Below are positions 36,924 to 46,079 of a stretch of 64,000 nt of DNA, piece by piece. The position numbers and the translations under genes are program-made. The stretch is from Oligoflexales bacterium (GTDB lineage Bacteria > Bdellovibrionota_B > Oligoflexia > Oligoflexales > JALZUQ01): the NCBI GenBank assembly GCA_023301565.1, contig JALZUO010000008.1, positions 37,045 through 101,044 of the forward strand, written 5' to 3'. Each line of letters opens with the position of its first letter. Within the stretch, counting starts at the first letter, position 1. The notes beneath the pieces were generated by a model. The model had not been told where the DNA came from and did no database searches. It saw only the letters and a program-made list of their open reading frames with translations.

Positions 36924-37925
36924 ATGAATATTTTAGTTGCTGGTGGAGCTGGCTATGTTGGCTCTCATATGGTTCGCTACTTACAAAAACAGAACAAAGA
37001 ATCTGGCTCAAAAAATAAAATCATTGTTTTGGATAGCCTCGTAACAGGAAATGCTGAAGCTATTCCAGGTGTGGAGCTGGTTGTCTGTGATATTGCTGAC
37101 GATCAAAAAGTGGAACAAGTGATGCGAGATCACAAGGTTGACCTAGTTATGCACTTTGCAGCAAGTTCTTTAGTTAGAGAGTCTGTCAAAAGTCCGGAAA
37201 AATATTATCAAAATAATGTTTATGGAAGTCTTTGTCTATTTAAGGCGATGCTGCGTGCTGGGGTTAAAAAAATTGTTTTCTCTAGTACTTGTGCTGTCTA
37301 TGGTATTCCACAAAAAGATCGTATCGAAGAAAGTACGCCTATTGCACCGATTAACCCTTATGGTTTTAGCAAGTATGTAGTCGAATCAATGCTCGAAGAC
37401 TTTTGTAAAGCTCATAACTTTGGTGCTATTTGCCTGCGCTATTTTAATGCCGCAGGAGCTAGCCCTGACGGAGGTATTGGAGAGGATCATGATCCAGAAA
37501 CACACCTGATACCATTGGTTTTACAGGTTGCTCTGCAGCAGAGAGAGAAGATTCAGGTTTTTGGAGATGATTGGCCTACAGTAGATGGTACGTGCATCCG
37601 AGATTTTGTTCATGTCGATGATTTAGCTGACGCGCATTTTAGAGCTATGAAGCTGATTGTTCCTGGCGTGAAAAAAGCTGTAAACCTTGGTTCTGGCTTT
37701 GGCTTTAGTGTGAATCAAGTTGTTGAAGCTTGCCGTAAAGTCACAGGTCACCCAATACCCTCGGCCGCTTGTGCTAGGCGAGAAGGTGACCCAGCTATTT
37801 TAGTTGCTGACAACAGTTTTGCAAAAGAATTTTTAGGCTGGGAACCGAGATATATTGACATTGAAAGCATTATTGCGACCGCCTGGAATTGGCATAGGTC
37901 GCATCCTGATGGGTTTTCAGGCTAG
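36924..37925 (+). CDS. galE: UDP-glucose 4-epimerase
   Basis: It has GGAGYVGSH, the YGFSK catalytic YxxxK motif, LRYFNAAGA, and is 333 aa. Confidence 0.92.
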   Translation: MNILVAGGAGYVGSHMVRYLQKQNKESGSKNKIIVLDSLVTGNAEAIPGVELVVCDIADDQKVEQVMRDHKVDLVMHFAASSLVRESVKSPEKYYQNNVYGSLCLFKAMLRAGVKKIVFSSTCAVYGIPQKDRIEESTPIAPINPYGFSKYVVESMLEDFCKAHNFGAICLRYFNAAGASPDGGIGEDHDPETHLIPLVLQVALQQREKIQVFGDDWPTVDGTCIRDFVHVDDLADAHFRAMKLIVPGVKKAVNLGSGFGFSVNQVVEACRKVTGHPIPSAACARREGDPAILVADNSFAKEFLGWEPRYIDIESIIATAWNWHRSHPDGFSG

Positions 37926-38572
37926 ATGAAGTGCCTAAAAGTGTGTAAGTTTACTAAAATTTTGAACAAGCGAGCAATTAACTGATCGTATATACGTAGT
38001 GTATACTGTAAGAGGCCGTGTGTGCTTCTGTAGTCTATTGCAAAATACATGTCTTTGGCAAACTTCGTACTCGTAGAAACAGGTTGGTTCGCTAAATTCT
38101 TAACGTACTCTGGTGTAGCTAGAGGGTTTTCTGCGGCGTGCGAATGGATAATATCAAGGTAGACCCTTGTCGGGTTTAAGCCGGGGGTTTCTGTTGTAGC
38201 TTGATAGAATTGTGCTTTCTTTTCTTTTTGCTCGAAAAAAATTACGCGGTGTTTGCGAAGAAAAGGAACTACCTCAAAAAAGTGCATACGTAGCATATCG
38301 ATTTTTTGTAGGGTCATAATCTGTCCATATACACACGAGCCTTGTTTGCTGCGAACCGTAGCAAAGGCAGACCCCTCGTATGGACCAGCTTGCGTGAACT
38401 CCAAGACATGATTGTCCAAAGCAAACGCTTCAGAACGGATCGGGTTCATTCTTCTTTTGTGAAGAATTTCTGAAGATAGGTTTGCTCCAAACGCAAAATA
38501 GTGCTCTTCTTTTTTTAAACAAGCTGGGGAAGGCATACCTTTGGATATCCATAGCTTTACAAGGTCCAACAT
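37922..38572 (-). CDS. Gamma-glutamylcyclotransferase (AIG2/GGCT-like) family protein
   Basis: The YFAFGANLSSEILHKRR N-terminal motif is followed by a VYGQIMTL segment. ATG 38572 is preferred because the 269-aa version would overlap the divergent gene start. Confidence 0.65.
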   Translation of the reverse strand: MLDLVKLWISKGMPSPACLKKEEHYFAFGANLSSEILHKRRMNPIRSEAFALDNHVLEFTQAGPYEGSAFATVRSKQGSCVYGQIMTLQKIDMLRMHFFEVVPFLRKHRVIFFEQKEKKAQFYQATTETPGLNPTRVYLDIIHSHAAENPLATPEYVKNLANQPVSTSTKFAKDMYFAIDYRSTHGLLQYTLRIYDQLIARLFKILVNLHTFRHFI

Positions 38573-38703
38573 CTGACCATAGACCCACCATGCTAAAAGC
38601 CTTAACAATTTTGCCCCCTTAAAAGACCTGTTTTCTTCTCGGTTTCTTTGGCCAGCTGGGTTAGGATGGCATGCTACTGATATAACACTGGAAATGGAGA
38701 AAC

Positions 38704-39147
38704 ATGCCAAGCTCAAAGACTCAAAACCCACCTGAAAAATGGTACAAAGATGGATTGAAATTCGAGTGTTCAGCCTGTGGTGATTGCTGCACGGGTGGAG
38801 AAGGCTATGTTTGGGTAAATAAAGAAGAGATTGAGCAGATGACTTCTGTATCAGGTGCGACCTCCGTGGCTGCTTTTGAAAAAAAGTATGTGCGGCAAGT
38901 TGGAATTCGCAAAAGTCTTAAAGAATATAAAAAAGATGGAGCTTGTGTCCTCTTTGATTCAAAAACAAGAAAATGCCAAGTTTACGAAGCACGCCCTCGG
39001 CAGTGCAGGACTTGGCCGTTTTGGGATTCAAACCTTCGAACTCCGCGGGACTGGAAAGAAACCTGCCAGGTTTGTCCGGGGGCAGGAAAAGGTAAAAAGT
39101 ATGGCGTAGATCACATAGAAAAAGAGCGAAAGACCTTTCATGTATAG
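38704..39147 (+). CDS. YkgJ-family Cys-cluster (CxxCxxCC) protein
   Basis: It has CSACGDCCTG near the N-terminus and later C...C..WPFW, typical of the UPF0153/YkgJ family. Confidence 0.75.
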   Translation: MPSSKTQNPPEKWYKDGLKFECSACGDCCTGGEGYVWVNKEEIEQMTSVSGATSVAAFEKKYVRQVGIRKSLKEYKKDGACVLFDSKTRKCQVYEARPRQCRTWPFWDSNLRTPRDWKETCQVCPGAGKGKKYGVDHIEKERKTFHV

Positions 39148-40282
39148 ACCACAGAATATTTTAGCACTCCCTGAGTTATCAGTTGACCGCTATCCCCTCG
39201 TGGAAAAACTAAGGGCATTCCTAGAAGAAGGATTCTCTAAGCGCATAGCAGGCCTTTACGAGGCCGGAGAGTTTCCGGGGGAGTTTGCAAAGGGTTTAGG
39301 CGGGCTGGGTGTTTTAGAGCAAGTCTTAACTGGTGATGATCCGGTGCTAGAAGGTCAAATTTTTCGCGAGCTAGAACGTGTTGATTCTGGTCTTCGCAGC
39401 TTTGTTTCGGTGCAGTGTGCATTGGCCGGTAACGCTATTTCGTCGTACGGCTCTTCTGAACAAAAAAAAAGGTGGCTGCCTGGCCTTATCTCCGGCGAAT
39501 CTATTGGTTCTTTTGCTCTTACCGAGCCACAGGGTGGTTCTGATCCAGCAAATATGCTGACCATAGTCACAGAAAAGTCTGGAAAGCTTCTACTTGGCGG
39601 TCATAAGTTTTGGGTTACAAATGGAACGTTAGCTGATGTCATGGTCGTATGGGCCAAGTTTAAAGGAAAGATTCAGGGGTTACTTGTCTCTGCTCGTGCA
39701 CCCGGCGTGGTTGTAAAACCTATTGAAAATAAGCTTTCCCTGCGGGTATCTAAGTCTGCTGAGGTTGTTTTTCAGGATGTAGAAGTGGCTGAGTCAGATT
39801 TTTTACCTGGAGCCTCAAGCCTTGGCAAAGCTTTAGCATGTCTTAACCGTGCTAGGCTTGGAATATCTTGGGGGGTTTTGGGTGCTATGGAAGACTGCAT
39901 CGAGGCTGCAGTTGAGTTTTCTAAGTCTCGTATTTTGTTTGAAAAGCCGCTGGCTTCGTTTCAGCTGACCCAAGATAAAATATATCAGATGGTCCGTGGC
40001 CTCAGCAGCGCGCAGCTTTTAGCCGTGCAGCTCACAAAACTAAAGACTGCAGGAGAGCTGCAACCTTATCAGGTAAGTCTGGGAAAGCAAAACAACGTTG
40101 AAGCTGCGCTGCAAGCTGCAAGGTCTGCAAGAGAAATAATGGGTGGCATTGGGGTATTGGCCGAGTCGAAGGTCATGCGTCACGCTTGCAACCTGGAAAC
40201 CGTAAAAACCTACGAAGGCACAAGCGAGATTCACAAACTAGTGGTAGGTATGAAAATTACCGGTTCTAACGCATTTAAGTAG
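39140..40282 (+). CDS. Acyl-CoA dehydrogenase (glutaryl-CoA dehydrogenase-like)
   Basis: It has ALTEPQGGSDP, FWVTNG and the C-terminal YEGTSEIHKLVVG motif, and is 380 aa. Confidence 0.88.
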   Translation: MYRPQNILALPELSVDRYPLVEKLRAFLEEGFSKRIAGLYEAGEFPGEFAKGLGGLGVLEQVLTGDDPVLEGQIFRELERVDSGLRSFVSVQCALAGNAISSYGSSEQKKRWLPGLISGESIGSFALTEPQGGSDPANMLTIVTEKSGKLLLGGHKFWVTNGTLADVMVVWAKFKGKIQGLLVSARAPGVVVKPIENKLSLRVSKSAEVVFQDVEVAESDFLPGASSLGKALACLNRARLGISWGVLGAMEDCIEAAVEFSKSRILFEKPLASFQLTQDKIYQMVRGLSSAQLLAVQLTKLKTAGELQPYQVSLGKQNNVEAALQAARSAREIMGGIGVLAESKVMRHACNLETVKTYEGTSEIHKLVVGMKITGSNAFK

Positions 40283-40303
40283 AGCTAGTCATTTTGCAGG
40301 CAG

Positions 40304-40906
40304 TCAGTTAGAACCTGCATTATAAATCTGCCCGCCTGAGTTTTTATACTGGGCTAACACTTCACAAGCTTTTTTTGACATAACATGTTCTACGACCTCG
40401 ACCTCTGGAAGGCCACAATCTTTGTGCCGGTTAGCTAGCTTGTTTTGCCATTGATCTGGAAGCGGCCCTTCTTCGAAACCGGTAAGCTCTATAACCTCGT
40501 CTGCATTGGCTCCGTAAATAAGCTTGGATATTCCGGACCACCAAATGCTCCCAAAGCATTGAATGCAAGGCTGAGCAGAGGTTGCTAAAGTCATTTTTTT
40601 TAGCCCGCGAGAGGCTAAATCAAATGTTTCTAGGTTTTTTTGTGCAAGCATAATTGCCATGGTTTCGGCGTGTGCAAGCGAACAATTTCCGGGGACGACA
40701 ATGTTGACGCCAACAGATATAAGCTCACCACTTTCGGAAAAAACGGCAGCCCCAAAAGGTCCGCCAGTCTTGTGTTCTATATTCTTGCGCGAAAGATCTA
40801 TGGCCAATTCCATCATCTCTTCTGTTGAATTATAGGATTTAGGTAATTGGTTTAGTTGGGTTTTTACCCATGCAGGAAGTGATAGCTCAACGGTGGACGT
40901 ATTCAC
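40304..40906 (-). CDS. CMP/dCMP-type zinc nucleoside/nucleotide deaminase
   Basis: It has the HAE (SLAHAETMAI) and PCxxC (PCIQCFG) zinc-binding motifs. Confidence 0.85.
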   Translation of the reverse strand: MNTSTVELSLPAWVKTQLNQLPKSYNSTEEMMELAIDLSRKNIEHKTGGPFGAAVFSESGELISVGVNIVVPGNCSLAHAETMAIMLAQKNLETFDLASRGLKKMTLATSAQPCIQCFGSIWWSGISKLIYGANADEVIELTGFEEGPLPDQWQNKLANRHKDCGLPEVEVVEHVMSKKACEVLAQYKNSGGQIYNAGSN

Positions 40907-40972
40907 TTTGAACTCCTTCGTACTTAAAAAAGCTTTTGTCTATGACATTGCAAGTTCGTAAAGAGTACAAAT

Positions 40973-41008
40973 AAAAAAGGTCTTTGACAACCGCCGAAGA
41001 CCTTTTTT
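40973..41008 (-). terminator. Rho-independent terminator (bidirectional geometry)
   Basis: A6-GGTCTT-12 nt loop-AAGACC-T6 lies 20 nt downstream of the stop of 41028-41432. Confidence 0.7.
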
Positions 41009-41027
41009 GAATTAAATATTAGTAATA

Positions 41028-41432
41028 TTATTTGTTCTTTAAGATGCAAGATAGGATTTTTACTGACCTATACGTAGTGTTTGAAGTTGCCTGTGCGCCA
41101 GTGGTTGAACTTATATTTCCTGATACCGCATTTCCTGAATGTTGAAAGTAGAGTATAATTGATTTCTCTGGCTGATCTACAGCGGCAAGGGTTGACATCA
41201 TTGCCAGGCATTGTTTGTTCGGTGCAATGTTATAGTCGAGGCCTTCTAGTGTCGTTGCGGTATTAGCTTTAGATAGCTTAACCAAAGCACCTGCCTGGTG
41301 ATAACGAATCATGTCAACTAGCTCGGCTTCGATTACCTGTGTTGCAAACGCCGAGATAGATGAGCGTGCAAGTGCATAGGTTGAGAATGTCATTGTAGCT
41401 AGAATGATAAATAGTTTTTTTGTATTAAGCAT
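41028..41432 (-). CDS. Small secreted protein (hypothetical)
   Basis: ATG 41432 is preceded by GGGGGA. It has a signal peptide (MLNTKKLFIILATMTFSTYALA|RSS) and no family motif. Confidence 0.6.
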   Translation of the reverse strand: MLNTKKLFIILATMTFSTYALARSSISAFATQVIEAELVDMIRYHQAGALVKLSKANTATTLEGLDYNIAPNKQCLAMMSTLAAVDQPEKSIILYFQHSGNAVSGNISSTTGAQATSNTTYRSVKILSCILKNK

Positions 41433-41574
41433 GTTGTTTCCCCCAACGGTAAAGTGCTTTTTGATAACTGATGTCTCACGCAATCGGAGGACTTAGGGGG
41501 GGTAAAAGAGGTTTTCTTCTTTTTTTTAATCAACTCGGCAGCTTAGCTGCTTTTTTAATGGGGCGAGAGTGATC

Positions 41575-41620
41575 CAAAAAGGCCATTTTTAACGAAAACC
41601 GTCAAAAAATGGCCTTTTGA
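41575..41620 (-). terminator. Rho-independent terminator after the ABC-F gene
   Basis: GGCCATTTTT pairs with AAAAATGGCC around a ~14-nt loop and is flanked by A/T runs. It lies 30 nt downstream of the stop at 41650. Confidence 0.75.
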
Positions 41621-41649
41621 TCTTTTATGACTAACGTAGACGCTAAAAG

Positions 41650-43269
41650 CTAGTAAAGCTGCTCACGAGCGGCTATCACATCAGGGCGCTCTATGAACTC
41701 CTCATAGGTTACTTCGCGGTCTATGTAGCCTTTGTTTGACACTTCCACCACACGAGTTGCCAAAGAACGGATGATTTCACGGTCTTGGCTTATAAAAAGT
41801 ACGGTGCCGGGGTAGGCTAGAAGGCCTTTGTTGAGAGCCGTGATGCTTTCTAGGTCCAAGTGGTTTGTGGGCTCATCTAGCAGTAGGACGTTTGCTTGCT
41901 TCATCATGATTTTAGCTAGCATGCATCGAACTTTTTCGCCTCCAGAAAGAACACTCGTCTTTTTTAGGACTTCTTGGCCGCTGAAAAGCATTTTCCCTAA
42001 AAAACCACGGATATACTCTTCTTCAAACTCTTCTTTTTTAGTGGCGTACTGTCTTAGCCAGTCAATTAGGTTTAGGTCTTTGGTGAAGTACTCTTCGTGC
42101 TCTTTTGGGAAGTACCCGACCGAAGCGGTTACGCCCCATTGAACGGTGCCCTCGTCCGGCTCTTTCTCACCTGCCAATACTTCAAACAAAAGTGAGGAGG
42201 CCAAAGATGTTTTGCCAATAAAAGCAACTCTGTCACCTTTTTTAACTTCTAGGTGCATGCCGGAAAAGGCCGCAAGCTCAGATTCTTTTGCGCTTATCGC
42301 AGATGCTTTGAGAACATCTTTGCCGATTTCCCGCTCTTGCTGAAAAGCCATGTGCGGGTATTTTCTTGTGGAAGGTTTGATTTGCTCTACATTTAGTTTG
42401 TCTAGCATCTTTTTTCTCGACGTAGCCTGTTTTGATTTAGAGGCGTTAGCGGAGAACCTTGCGATAAATGCTTTTAGTTCACTAGCCTTGTCTTCTGCTT
42501 TTTTGTTCCGGTCATGGCGCATTTTAAGGTTAAGCTGGCTAGCTTCATACCAAAAACTGTAGTTTCCAGAGTAGACCTGGATTCCTTCAAAGTCGATATC
42601 TGCCGTGTGTGTCGTGACTTTATCTAAAAAATGCCTATCATGGGATACAACAATTACTGTGTTGTGGAAGTTACAAAGAAATTCTTCAAGCCAGTGAATC
42701 GCTTCAAAGTCAAGGTTGTTTGTTGGTTCATCTAGTAAAAGGATATCCGGGTCACCAAACAATGCCTGCGCTAGGAGGACTCGAACCTTTTTCCCAGATT
42801 CGAGCTCGCTCATTTTTTTGTTGTGTAGGTCCGACACAATCCCGAGTTTCTCTAGCATCTGTGCCGCCTGGCTTTCGGCGTCCCAACCGTTCATGTCTGC
42901 GAAGGTGGCTTCTAACTCTGAGGCTTTGATTCCATCTTTTTCATCAAAATCAGGTTTGGCATAAATCGCGTCTTTTTCTTCCATGATTTTATAGAGCGGC
43001 TCGTTTCCCATCAAAACAGTTTTGAGAACCTCATGCTCATCAAACCCAAATTGATTCTGTTTTAGGACAGCTATGCGAAGCCCTTCAGGAACTGAAATAT
43101 CACCACTGTCGGCCTCAATCTCGCCAGAAAGAAGTTTTAGAAATGTGGACTTTCCGGCGCCGTTGGCACCAATAAGACCGTAGCAGTTTCCAGGAAGGAA
43201 CTTCACGTTCACATTTTTAAATAGGGTTCTTGTACCAAATGAAAGGGAAACCCCTGAGGTGCTAATCAT
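41650..43269 (-). CDS. ybiT: ABC-F family ATPase (YbiT-like, two ABC domains, no TM domain)
   Basis: It has two Walker A motifs (GANGAGKST; a degenerate second site), two LSGGE-type signatures (MSELESGKK, LSGGEKVR), LLLDEPTN twice, and an N-terminus collinear with E. coli YbiT. Confidence 0.88.
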   Translation of the reverse strand: MISTSGVSLSFGTRTLFKNVNVKFLPGNCYGLIGANGAGKSTFLKLLSGEIEADSGDISVPEGLRIAVLKQNQFGFDEHEVLKTVLMGNEPLYKIMEEKDAIYAKPDFDEKDGIKASELEATFADMNGWDAESQAAQMLEKLGIVSDLHNKKMSELESGKKVRVLLAQALFGDPDILLLDEPTNNLDFEAIHWLEEFLCNFHNTVIVVSHDRHFLDKVTTHTADIDFEGIQVYSGNYSFWYEASQLNLKMRHDRNKKAEDKASELKAFIARFSANASKSKQATSRKKMLDKLNVEQIKPSTRKYPHMAFQQEREIGKDVLKASAISAKESELAAFSGMHLEVKKGDRVAFIGKTSLASSLLFEVLAGEKEPDEGTVQWGVTASVGYFPKEHEEYFTKDLNLIDWLRQYATKKEEFEEEYIRGFLGKMLFSGQEVLKKTSVLSGGEKVRCMLAKIMMKQANVLLLDEPTNHLDLESITALNKGLLAYPGTVLFISQDREIIRSLATRVVEVSNKGYIDREVTYEEFIERPDVIAAREQLY

Positions 43270-43549
43270 AATCTATCTCTCTTAAACTGTATCTAGCCGT
43301 GAAAGGGCCTTTAAACGCATCTATACTAGCCTGCAGGTTATAAAATTATTGAAGCGCTGGATAGAGGGTTTCTAAGATTGCCTGTTTAAGGTCCTTTGGT
43401 GTCTATTATTTGCTGTAATAACAGTGGTTTAGGTGGGGTTAATTTTTGGCTTTTTTCTTTCGAACCTACGGTTTTTATTTCCAGAGGTAGGTTTTCTTTC
43501 GCTTTTCTATGGTGTAGCTCTATGGATGCGCTTCTTAGATGGGAAATCG

Positions 43550-44992
43550 ATGAAACACCTAAAACATATTTGTGCATTTATGCCCCCAGCAATTTTTGTT
43601 TTGCTTTGGCTAAAAGGGGCGGGTAGCTATGGGCTCACGCTGTGTTTTTGTGCTTGGCTGGTCCTTTGGTGGATCACTGAATATGTCCCCATGGGTGTTA
43701 CGGCTTTGTTGCCTCTGGTTGTGCTGCCATTGTCCGGCGTAGGTGGAATCAAAGAAGTAGCGCTAGCTTACAGTAAACCTATTTTATTTTTGTTCCTAGG
43801 AGGTTTTGTCCTGGGCCGAGCTTTAGAAAAAACAGGGCTCAACAAACGAATTGCCCTTCTTATTCTTGTAAAAGTCGGCTCTTCAGCCACAGGTATCTTG
43901 TCTGGCTTTTGCATCGTTACAGCATTTTTAAGCATGTTTGTCAGCAATACGGCCACGACCGTACTGATGCTTCCAATTGTGGGCTCTGTTCTTGGCTTTT
44001 TACATGCACAAAAGGGTGCAAGGCCAGCTGAGGTAGCAAAGTTTGCGACTCCTTTATATTTGGCGATTGCTTACAGTGCAAATATTGGTGGAACCCTAAC
44101 TCCCATAGGTACGCCGCCAACGGTAGTTTTTTTGGGTTACCTCCAAGAGATGTACGGCATCGAGGTGGGGTTTGGCCAGTGGATAGCCATCACAGGTCCG
44201 GCAGGCGTGTTGTTTTTGATTTCGATGATCTTGGTTTTAAGGTGGATGTTTCCATTTGTCCTGCAAATCCCTAAAGAGTTCAAAGCGTACCTTCAGAGCA
44301 AATACCGCGGTCTAGGCAAGATCGATAGTCTTCAGGCATATACTCTCTTTGTTTTTGTTGCAGCTGCAATGCTGTGGGTGTTCAAAGGGCTCATTCTGCG
44401 TCTTTTCCCTGAGCTTGGGCTTCGCGACGAGATAGTTGCTTTGGCTGCAGCAGTTGTATTGTTTTTTCCTTTTTTTAAAAGCCGGGCTAATCAAGAAAAA
44501 CAAAGCGTCTACACCGGAGTCCTCGATAAAAGCGACATCAACCATTTGCCATGGAACATCTTCCTGCTTTTCGGTGGGGGGATGGCTCTGGCTGGCCAAA
44601 TGTCCAAGGCTGGCATCATCGAGCAGATTGCTACTTACGCCAAGTCTATGCAAGGAATAACTCCATTTTGGCTTATGGTGTTTTGTGCTGTGGTTGTTCT
44701 TTTGTTGACTGAGGTGATGAGTAACGTTGCTCTTGTAGTCGTCGCATTACCAATTCTTCTTAAAATGGGTGAAGGTATGGGCTTTTCTCCCGCGCTGATG
44801 GCTTTGCCTGCAACCGTTTGTGCGAGTTTGGCCTTTTGTTTGCCAATCTCAACCCCACCCAATGCGATTGTCTTTGCTTCGGGAGCTATCAAACCTGGCC
44901 AGATGCTACGGGCTGGCTTTATCTTAAATGCCGTAGGTATTTTACTGACGGTAACGCTCAGTTATTGGCTGGCTTCATGGGTGGTTTTGTAG
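43550..44992 (+). CDS. DASS/SLC13 family anion:sodium symporter
   Basis: It is polytopic, with the two hairpin motifs SNTATTVLMLPI and SNVALVVVALPI typical of DASS transporters. ATG 43550 is preferred to upstream alternative starts. Confidence 0.85.
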   Translation: MKHLKHICAFMPPAIFVLLWLKGAGSYGLTLCFCAWLVLWWITEYVPMGVTALLPLVVLPLSGVGGIKEVALAYSKPILFLFLGGFVLGRALEKTGLNKRIALLILVKVGSSATGILSGFCIVTAFLSMFVSNTATTVLMLPIVGSVLGFLHAQKGARPAEVAKFATPLYLAIAYSANIGGTLTPIGTPPTVVFLGYLQEMYGIEVGFGQWIAITGPAGVLFLISMILVLRWMFPFVLQIPKEFKAYLQSKYRGLGKIDSLQAYTLFVFVAAAMLWVFKGLILRLFPELGLRDEIVALAAAVVLFFPFFKSRANQEKQSVYTGVLDKSDINHLPWNIFLLFGGGMALAGQMSKAGIIEQIATYAKSMQGITPFWLMVFCAVVVLLLTEVMSNVALVVVALPILLKMGEGMGFSPALMALPATVCASLAFCLPISTPPNAIVFASGAIKPGQMLRAGFILNAVGILLTVTLSYWLASWVVL

Positions 44993-45067
44993 CCAAGGTC
45001 AATATGCGTTGCTTCTGATCGTGCTAAAATACTGTAGACGTTTACCCAAAGTGTTTGGATTGGTATT

Positions 45068-46066
45068 ATGCAAAAGCTCAGATCGACCTATAGGCCGACG
45101 GTTACCGAGTATCTTTTCTCTCCTTTAAGCCACCGAGACAAATCCATTTTGTATCGCAAAATGTTTACGGCTCTTGATGCTGGTTTGAACTATAAAAAGC
45201 TCATGGGTCTCATGCAGCCCAAAAACCCTGGGCAAAATAATTTTTTTAAGCATATCAGGCATGGCCTTAAAAATAATTTGAGTCTTCCTAATGTCTTTTT
45301 GGCGTATCCAGTTATTCCACGCTGGCAAGCTGAATGGATCTACTTGGCTGAAAGAACAGGGAGCTACGACAAGGTTTTCTCTGATCTATCGACAGAAGAA
45401 AGCCTTTTAGGTCGTCAAATGGAACAGTTAAAGTCGAAGCTGACAAGGCCTGTTCTGACGCTGCTGCTTGCTTGTTTTTTGACTTCAATAGATCGCTTGA
45501 TTCTCGGTGAGATTAGCGTGAAAACCTACCTGATAATATCCATGAAAGCACCGTTTTTGCTCGTTCTAGCTTATTTTATGCTTAAGTATTTATACAGATC
45601 CGGGTTTTTTACTCACTCATTTAAACTATCATTAGAAAAGTTTGGATCGAAAATTCCAAAGCTCCGAACCTACCTTGCTGAATCCTATGCCTACAGGTTT
45701 TCGTCCTCGCTACTGTATGCAGTCGAAGCGGGGATGCCCATAAATCGAGGAATAGAGATGGCAACCAGATGCACTGGCTCTCACATGGCTGAGTTGTCTT
45801 GGGGACACATGCGCATGTCTATGCGAAGTGCCTATGAGCTGCCGACTCTTTTGTCTATGCACTGGTTTCTGTCTTTTTCTGCTATCAATTTTATTACGAT
45901 TGGAGTGAAATCTGGAAAGCTTGACACAGCTCTTGCTCAAATTAGAAAAGAATCGCAAGAAAGAAGCCAGGAGGCTTTAACGCAACTTTGCCGCTTAGTT
46001 TCTCTAGCATTCGAACTGTTTGTTATGTACAGCGTCGCCACAACTTTTATGGGCGGCGTTGTTTAG
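45068..46066 (+). CDS. Type II secretion system F (GspF/PilC) family-like membrane protein, orphan
   Basis: It has two T2SF-like repeats: LSHRDKSILYRKMFTALDAGLNYKKLM...WIYLAERTGSYDKVFSDLS and YAYRFSSSLLYAVEAGMPINRGIE...FITIGVKSGKLDTALAQI. Confidence 0.65.
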   Translation: MQKLRSTYRPTVTEYLFSPLSHRDKSILYRKMFTALDAGLNYKKLMGLMQPKNPGQNNFFKHIRHGLKNNLSLPNVFLAYPVIPRWQAEWIYLAERTGSYDKVFSDLSTEESLLGRQMEQLKSKLTRPVLTLLLACFLTSIDRLILGEISVKTYLIISMKAPFLLVLAYFMLKYLYRSGFFTHSFKLSLEKFGSKIPKLRTYLAESYAYRFSSSLLYAVEAGMPINRGIEMATRCTGSHMAELSWGHMRMSMRSAYELPTLLSMHWFLSFSAINFITIGVKSGKLDTALAQIRKESQERSQEALTQLCRLVSLAFELFVMYSVATTFMGGVV

Positions 46067-46079
46067 GTTTGCAGCACTG

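Noticed and set aside
37922-38731. Full 269-aa version of the GGCT-like ORF
   Set aside because: The extra 53 N-terminal residues have no homology signal and would overlap the divergent ykgJ-like start (38704). ATG 38572 lies just upstream of the conserved YFAFGANL motif.
39462-39470. A9 homopolymer inside the acyl-CoA dehydrogenase gene
   Set aside because: It is in frame (SEQKKRW), and the gene is full length with conserved C-terminal motifs. It is only a potential slippage site with no evidence of switching.
41539-41556. GCAGC-tta-GCTGC hairpin followed by T6 on the plus strand
   Set aside because: It has only a 5-bp stem, and there is no upstream plus-strand gene to terminate. The stronger hairpin at 41575-41620 explains termination here.
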